Part shown: piece by piece, positions 58,052-64,000 of the stretch
Position numbering within the stretch: the stretch's first letter is position 1
Layout: each line of letters begins with the position of its first letter
Source: an uncultured Solibacteraceae bacterium
GTDB taxonomy: Bacteria; Acidobacteriota; Terriglobia; 20CM-2-55-15
DNA: 64,000 nt
NCBI GenBank assembly: GCA_964541075.1
Contig: CAZIPZ010000001.1
Location: 4,425-68,424, forward strand
Direction of reading: 5' to 3'
Notes under the pieces: generated by a model
Seen by the model: only the letters and a program-made list of their open reading frames with translations
Database searches by the model: none
What the model was told of the DNA's origin: nothing
Program-made: the position numbers and the translations under genes

Positions 58052-59647
58052 TCAGGTTTGGGGGTAAAAACGTCCAGTATTGTGAAGTCCGATCACCTCT
58101 TCAAAGATGCGGTGGACTTCGTTCGTGTAATGTTGATAGTCCCTCAAAAAAAGGTCTACTCCGAGGTCCTCTGCTTTGTCGGTATAGCCCAGCCTGCGAG
58201 CGCAGATCATCAAGTCTTCACGGTTTCGAGGAAGCAAGTGCGTTTGCGCATCGTCGACCATCTGAAGCTTGTTTTCGACATCTCTCAGAAAAACGTATGC
58301 TTGGGTCAAAGTGGCGCATTCTTCAGCGGAAATGAGCGCCCGCTCACACAATTCCGACAGGGCTTTCAGCGTGTTGCGCTGCGACAGTTGCGGGTATCGG
58401 CCGCCGTGGCAGACTTGAAGGGATTGGGTGACAAGTTCGACCTCTCGAATTCCACCCCTGCCCAATTTAACGTTCCTGGCGCCCTGCCGGCGAATGGTCA
58501 TCTGACGATCGACCTTCCGTTTCATTGCACGGATATCATCGAGCGCCTTGAGATCAAATGGCGGATCGTAGACGAAAGGGCGAGCCATGGCGAGGAAGCG
58601 CTTCGCAAGTCCACAGTTTCCAGCGACCGGCCACGCTTTCAGCAAGGCGAGGCGTTCCCATGTTCCCAGCCGCGACGCGTAGTATCGTTCAAAGGATTCG
58701 ATCGTGTCCGCGATATTGCCGGCCGCCCCCTCCGGGCGCAATCGTAAATCGACGCGGTAAACATAGCCTTCCTCGGTGAAATCGCTTAAACCAATCGTGA
58801 TTTTCTGGCAGAGCCGGTGAAAATAATCCGGCGCCGACATTGTTTCGTGCGACGTGTCACTGGGGTTATCCGTACTGGGTTCCACCTGGTTGGCGGCATA
58901 CAGATAAATCAAATCGACGTCTGAGCTGAAATTCAGTTCGCCGCCGCCAAGCTTGCCCATAGCCAGTATTGAGAAGCCGCGAAACGATTTTTTCGAAATC
59001 TGGTGCTCCTTCTTAAGTGAGGTGGAGCAGATCCAATAAGTTGCCGAAATCAATACCTCGGCCAGTGTGGACAACGCCGACAACGTTTCTTCCACCGAGC
59101 ACATACGTAACAGATCCCGCACGCCGATCTGCAGCATCTCTCGACGTTTCAGCACTCGCAGGTAGTTAAGTTGCTGTTTCTCATCCGCAAGAACCTTCAG
59201 CGTGCGCACGAGTTCGCGCTGAATGTCCCGTTTGGTGCGGCCCTTGTGCAAAATTTGAGGATCGGTGACCCAGTAGAAGTGGTGGGGATCTCGTATCAAT
59301 ATTTCTGCCATGTAGGGACTTCCGCCCAAGGTTCGTGTGAGGATTTCAAGAGTCGGCGGAGAATCTTTGAAGTAGGAAAAAAGGCGCGTTTTATTTAGGG
59401 CGGCCGTTGCGAATCTCTCGAAGTACGTAAGCGCTTGATCAGGATCCGCCGATTGCGAAACGCATACCAATAGTTCCTCTATGACGTCCGCCAGTAGTTG
59501 ACGTTCTGACGGATCAGTCGCCGTCGCCTGCAGATTCCTGTCCGCCTTCACAGGATCCTTCAGCCCGTATGGACGGAGAAGTTCGGCCACATGCTTCGGT
59601 TCCAGACGCGGGGCAAGCAGCAGATCCTTGATGTTCGGTGGCGACAT
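58052..59647 (-). CDS. glnE: Glutamine synthetase adenylyltransferase, N-terminal (AT-N, adenylyl-removing) half encoded as a separate gene
   Basis: NTase motif [22 protein letters not shown] is near-identical to E. coli GlnE AT-N ([22 protein letters not shown]). 531 aa with no second NTase domain. Confidence 0.85.
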   Translation of the reverse strand: [531 protein letters not shown]

Positions 59648-59770
59648 GCTGCTTGTAAGATAAATCGGGTTGCGGAATTAATCGACCCTCTCAATATCTT
59701 CAGGTCCCACCTCGTCCTGTCAGAACTGCTGTTGACGGGAGGAGGCAGCACCATCTGGTACGATTGAGGT

Positions 59771-61999
59771 GTGCTTTCTACGGATCTGAAACACGCGATA
59801 GAATCCCTTTGTCCTGACATCGACCATGCGATGATTCAAGACTTCTTTGCCCGGATGGGTGAAGATTACTTCGCGACGTTCTCGCCTGAAGAAATCGCCA
59901 GTCATATCCGAATGTCTGCACTGCTCGATCGCAAACATACGCTGCAAGTCCGTGTGACGCAACGTTCATCCGGTCCTGGCGAGTTCGAAATTGTGATCGT
60001 CGGTTTCGACTATCTTGCCGAGTTTTCGATCTTTTGCGGGCTGCTGTCGGCCTTTGGCCTCGACATTCGCGCGGGCAACATCTACTCGTTTGGAAGCCGT
60101 GGAGCGGTAGAAGAAAAGCCTTTGCCAACGGAGGGACGGCGCCCACCACTAGCGAGAGTAGCGCGTTTGATGCCGCGGAAAGTCGTGGATGTCTTTAACG
60201 TGGCAATCAAGCCAGGAGTGAGCTTTGACGAGGCGAAACAAGGCGAATTTGAGCAAGAGCTCCTGCATCATGCTCGGCTCCTCGCAGCAGGCTCGCTCGA
60301 TCAAGCGCGGGAACGACTTCATCGTTTTCTCACCGAACGCATCGAAACAATGAACGAACGCCTCAGCGGTTTGCTTTCGGCTGTTGAAATTGATTTCGAC
60401 AATGAGCGAACCCCGGAGTGGACTGTTATGAGCATTCGCGCGGCGGACTCGTTCGCGTTTCTCTATGCCATCTCCAACGCGCTGGCCATGAGGGGCGTTT
60501 ACATTCACAAAGTCAAAATTGGCAGCATCGGTGAACGTGTAGAGGACGAATTTTTTATTGCCGACCGTTCTGGACGGAAAATCGTCGACCCGCGCGAACA
60601 GGACAGACTGCATACGGCTGTGCGCGCCATCAAGGAATTTACGGGCTATTTGCCTGAAGCTCCCGACCCGGCCAAAGCGATGCGCCACTTCGACCAGTTG
60701 TTGGACAAGCTTGCTGAAGAAGAATTTCCGGAGCGCACTCTATCGTTCCTCGCCGAAAGGGAGGGCATGAATATCCTCGCGCACCTCTTAGGATCGAGTG
60801 ACTACCTGTGGGACGACTTTCTGGGTGTTCGCTTCGCAGAACTCATTCCCGTACTCACCGATATCGCCAATACAGGATTGCCAGCGAGAGACTCGCTTCA
60901 GCGCAACCTAGTCAAAACCCTCCGGGCTGCCAGTACGTTCGAAGAGAAAAAGAAAGTGCTGAACCGGTTCAAGGATGAACAGGTGTTCGTGATCGATGTC
61001 CAACGTGTACTCGAGAAAGCGAACCTGATGGAGTTTTCTCAGGCTTTAACGGATCTTGCTGAGGTGGTCGTTGATGAGGCGGTGAGGGTTTCTCATGACC
61101 GTCTTGCTGTGCAACGGGGCCGACCTTTGCTTGAAGACCGGCGGGCATTGCCATTCGCGGTCTGTGCTTTAGGCAAATTCGGCGGGTGTGAAATGGGCTA
61201 TGCCTCGGATCTCGAGCTGTTATTTGTTCATGAAGGGGCCGGAAACGGGGAATTTTTCGAGTCTGTTGCGCTTCAGGTCAATGATTTCGTCGAAACCCGC
61301 CCCAAAGGGATCTTTCACATTGACCTTCGCCTTCGACCTTACGGCGAGAAAGGCTCCGCTTCCACATCCTTCGATCAGTTTATTCGTTATTACAGCCAGG
61401 GCGGTCCGGCAGCGCCTTTCGAGCGGCAAGCGCTCATCAAACTGAGATGGATTGCCGGCAATGAAGACCTGGGCCGCCGGATCCAAGCCCATCGCGATAC
61501 TTTTACATACAGCGGCGCGCCCTGGGATTGGGAAAACGCGCTGCACTTGCGTCGCAGACAGATGAAGGAGTTGGTGAAGCAAGGAACAACAAACGTGAAA
61601 TACAGCGCCGGTGGAATTGTCGAGATCGAGTACGCGGTGCAATACCTACAAATTCTTCATGGCAAAGATAACCCGGAGCTTCGAGTCACCGGAACGTTGG
61701 AGGCGCTGAATCAGCTGTATCGCCTGGAACTAGTCACCCTTGCGGAATATGAATTATGGAATACCGCATACCTTTTCTTCCGGAATCTAATTGATGCGCT
61801 TCGGATCGTACGCGGTGACGCGACAGATCTCGTCCTGCCGGAAGAGACTTCGGAAGAGTTCAAGGCGCTGGGACGGCGGCTGGGTTATCGCGGAAGAGAC
61901 CGTAAGAAGGAAGCGGCGTTGCTGGCGTCGGATGTTCAGTCATGGATGGAGAAAGTTCACGATCACTTTATAGATCGATTTGAAACATTGCACCCGTAG
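59771..61999 (+). CDS. glnE: Glutamine synthetase adenylyltransferase C-terminal (AT-C, adenylylating) domain fused to an N-terminal ACT-like domain, separate gene
   Basis: ALGKFGGCEMGYASDLELLFVHEG matches GlnE AT-C ([23 protein letters not shown]). N-terminal ~130 aa contain an ACT-like beta-alpha-beta-beta-alpha-beta stretch (EFEIVIVGFDYLAEFSIFCGLLSAFGLDIRAGNIYSF). Confidence 0.8.
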   Translation: MLSTDLKHAIESLCPDIDHAMIQDFFARMGEDYFATFSPEEIASHIRMSALLDRKHTLQVRVTQRSSGPGEFEIVIVGFDYLAEFSIFCGLLSAFGLDIRAGNIYSFGSRGAVEEKPLPTEGRRPPLARVARLMPRKVVDVFNVAIKPGVSFDEAKQGEFEQELLHHARLLAAGSLDQARERLHRFLTERIETMNERLSGLLSAVEIDFDNERTPEWTVMSIRAADSFAFLYAISNALAMRGVYIHKVKIGSIGERVEDEFFIADRSGRKIVDPREQDRLHTAVRAIKEFTGYLPEAPDPAKAMRHFDQLLDKLAEEEFPERTLSFLAEREGMNILAHLLGSSDYLWDDFLGVRFAELIPVLTDIANTGLPARDSLQRNLVKTLRAASTFEEKKKVLNRFKDEQVFVIDVQRVLEKANLMEFSQALTDLAEVVVDEAVRVSHDRLAVQRGRPLLEDRRALPFAVCALGKFGGCEMGYASDLELLFVHEGAGNGEFFESVALQVNDFVETRPKGIFHIDLRLRPYGEKGSASTSFDQFIRYYSQGGPAAPFERQALIKLRWIAGNEDLGRRIQAHRDTFTYSGAPWDWENALHLRRRQMKELVKQGTTNVKYSAGGIVEIEYAVQYLQILHGKDNPELRVTGTLEALNQLYRLELVTLAEYELWNTAYLFFRNLIDALRIVRGDATDLVLPEETSEEFKALGRRLGYRGRDRKKEAALLASDVQSWMEKVHDHFIDRFETLHP

Positions 62000-62060
62000 A
62001 GCAAGACAATAAGAAGGGGCGGCCGGTAAGCGGCCGCCCCTTTCTTGAACTGACCGAAGA

Positions 62061-63470
62061 CTAGAGACTGTAATACATGTCGAACTCGACGGGATGGGTT
62101 GTCATCCGGAAACGCGTGACTTCTTCCATCTTAAGGTCGATATACGCGTCGATCATATCGTCGCTGAATACGCCGCCCTTGGTCAGGAATGCTCGATCCT
62201 TGTCCAAAGCGGAGAGAGCTTCATCAAGCGATGCACAGGGATGTGGAACGTCCTTCGCCTCTTCCGGAGCGAGGTCGTAGAGGTTTTTGTCGATCGGATC
62301 ACCAGGATGGATCTTGTTCTGCACTCCGTCCAAGCCCGCCATCATCATTGCCGCAAATCCAAGGTATGGATTGCAGCTCGGATCGGGGAAGCGCACTTCA
62401 ATCCGGCGCGCCTTCGCGCTGGTGACCAAAGGAACCCGCACCGCCGCTGAACGGTTCCGAGCAGAATAGGCAAGGTTGATCGGGGCCTCGAAGCCGGGAA
62501 CCAGCCGTTTGTACGAGTTCGTTCCGGGGTTGGTAAGCGCGTTCAGTGACTTCGCGTGTTTGATGATTCCGCCGATGTAGTAAATTGCGAATTCGGAGAG
62601 ACCCGCATAGCCTTCGCCTGCGAAAAGATTCTGTTCACCTTTCCATATCGATTGATGGACGTGCATTCCCGAACCGTTGTCGCCGACGATGGGTTTAGGC
62701 ATGAAAGTGGCAGTTTTTCCATATCTGGCGGCAACGTTGTGCACGGCGTACTTTAATCTCAAGAGCCAGTCCGCGCGCTGGACCAACGGCGCAAACTTTG
62801 TTCCGATTTCATTCTGACCAGCCGTCGCGACTTCATGGTGATGCACTTCGACGACGACCCCCATCTGTTCCAGGGCCAGACAGATTGCGGACCTAATATT
62901 CTGCAACGAGTCCACTGGCGGCACCGGGAAATAGCCGCCCTTCACTGCCGGCCGGTGCCCCTTGTTGCCTTTTTCGAACCTCTCACCAGTCGACCATGCC
63001 GCTTCTTCGGAAAAGATCTTGTAAGAGGACCCGGACATGTCCACAGACCATTCAACCGCATCGAAAATGAAAAACTCCGGTTCCGGCCCGAAGTATGCAG
63101 TGTCACCCAAACCAGTGGATTTCAGATAGGCGTCTGCGCGCTTCGCTATCGAACGAGGATCCCGATCGTAGCCTTTCATGTCGGACGGCTCAATTACGTC
63201 GCACGTGATTGCAAGCGTAGTCTGATCCAGAAATGGATCGATAAAGGAAGAAGCAGGATCAGGAAGAAGAAGCATGTCCGATGCTTGAATGCCCTTCCAT
63301 CCGGCGATGGAGGAGCCGTCAAAGAAGTGGCCCGATTCGAATTTTTCGGGACCGAAGGATTTGACCGGAACGCTGACATGCTGTTCCTTGCCCCGCGTAT
63401 CGGTGAAGCGGAGATCTACAAACTTGACATCTTTATCTTTAATCGTCTGGAAGATTTCTTTAGGGGACAT
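62061..63470 (-). CDS. glnA: Glutamine synthetase type I-beta (469 aa) with adenylylation site
   Basis: [39 protein letters not shown], and the adenylylation tyrosine loop [10 protein letters not shown]. Confidence 0.95.
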   Translation of the reverse strand: MSPKEIFQTIKDKDVKFVDLRFTDTRGKEQHVSVPVKSFGPEKFESGHFFDGSSIAGWKGIQASDMLLLPDPASSFIDPFLDQTTLAITCDVIEPSDMKGYDRDPRSIAKRADAYLKSTGLGDTAYFGPEPEFFIFDAVEWSVDMSGSSYKIFSEEAAWSTGERFEKGNKGHRPAVKGGYFPVPPVDSLQNIRSAICLALEQMGVVVEVHHHEVATAGQNEIGTKFAPLVQRADWLLRLKYAVHNVAARYGKTATFMPKPIVGDNGSGMHVHQSIWKGEQNLFAGEGYAGLSEFAIYYIGGIIKHAKSLNALTNPGTNSYKRLVPGFEAPINLAYSARNRSAAVRVPLVTSAKARRIEVRFPDPSCNPYLGFAAMMMAGLDGVQNKIHPGDPIDKNLYDLAPEEAKDVPHPCASLDEALSALDKDRAFLTKGGVFSDDMIDAYIDLKMEEVTRFRMTTHPVEFDMYYSL

Positions 63471-63525
63471 AAATTTTCCTCACGTTTGAATGGCTGTTAT
63501 AGAAGGAAGCGACGTGGCCGCCTTT

Positions 63526-63861
63526 CTAACTTTGGATATCGCGTTCGCCTGTGCGAATGTTGTAGCCCTGTTCGACCGGCAGAACGAACACGCGTCCATC
63601 GCCGATCTCGCCAGTCCGGGCAGTCTGAATAATGGTCTTGATCGTATCGTCGATCATTTCGTCTGGAAGTACGAGATCGATCATGATCTTGGGCAGCAGC
63701 GTGACGCTGTACTCAGTTCCACGATAGATCGCCTTGTGGCCTTTTTGCCGGCCGTGACCTCGAACTTCGGTTACGGTCATTCCCGAAATATTCAGACGAG
63801 TCAGGGCGTCCTTCACCTCTTCAAGTTTGTTCGGACGGATAATCGCTTTGATGAGTTTCAT
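63526..63861 (-). CDS. glnB: Nitrogen regulatory protein PII
   Basis: MKLIKAIIRPNKLEEVKDAL...T-loop GRQKGHKAIYRGTEY (uridylylation Tyr51). Directly upstream of glnA. Confidence 0.95.
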   Translation of the reverse strand: MKLIKAIIRPNKLEEVKDALTRLNISGMTVTEVRGHGRQKGHKAIYRGTEYSVTLLPKIMIDLVLPDEMIDDTIKTIIQTARTGEIGDGRVFVLPVEQGYNIRTGERDIQS

Positions 63862-64000
63862 AGGTCCTCGGATATTCCGCAGTCAGAGCCGAGTAAAACG
63901 CTCGCTACCACTTTCGTGGGCTGAGTTCTATGGGTCTGACTCCTGGATGGTGGTGGTACAACAATTCGACCAGCGCGCAGTCGTAAAGATTGCTCGCCAG

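Noticed and set aside
1-64000. CRISPR arrays, transposases, integrases, phage genes
   Set aside because: No direct-repeat/spacer periodicity, inverted terminal repeats, or transposase/integrase-like ORFs were seen. The only tandem repeat is the coding 12-bp repeat at 25279-25350.

Overview
This 64-kb window is a gene-dense chromosomal segment with about 56-58% GC and essentially no non-coding islands. Its gene content (an 11-subunit nuo cluster, Bat/MoxR-vWA genes, PilX-N and TMTC-like proteins) suggests an Acidobacteria-like soil bacterium. All calls below rest on motif recognition by eye, without database searches.

In order along the window:
- a 5'-truncated ABC importer (substrate-binding protein, ATPase, fused permease);
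- a short lower-GC patch of three small unknown genes;
- nadE and an Smr-domain gene;
- a lexA/SulA-like SOS pair with a Cheo-like operator, divergent from an orphan PilX-N gene;
- a stand-alone Hfq-like gene, a YihX-like HAD phosphatase and a PpsR-family kinase;
- an eight-gene co-directional MoxR-vWA (Bat-like) cluster of about 13.5 kb, containing a secreted legumain-fold protein with Ser in place of the catalytic Cys, a TPR lipoprotein with a gluzincin HExxH motif, MoxR, DUF58, BatA, and an 1194-aa membrane protein with an in-frame 12-bp tandem repeat;
- glyA, convergent with the cluster;
- moeA-moaC-mogA/moaB;
- an 11-subunit nuoABCDHIJKLMN cluster lacking nuoEFG, interrupted between nuoB and nuoC by a MidA/NDUFAF7-like methyltransferase, an ATP-dependent DNA ligase and an alpha/beta hydrolase;
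- a partial atp operon (atpZ-I-B-E) followed directly by a thiS-thiG fusion;
- a glycan-assembly block (sugar transferase, GT4, TMTC-like membrane-TPR protein) next to two tandem paralogous secreted proteins;
- a dense nitrogen-control locus with two glutamine synthetase I (GSI) genes, glnD, glnB, and a glnE split into two divergent genes whose adenylylating half carries an N-terminal ACT-like domain.

No rRNA, tRNA, CRISPR array or transposase was recognised. The most notable systems are the Bat-like MoxR-vWA cluster with its pseudo- or serine-legumain, the MidA-ligase insertion in nuo, and the split glnE.
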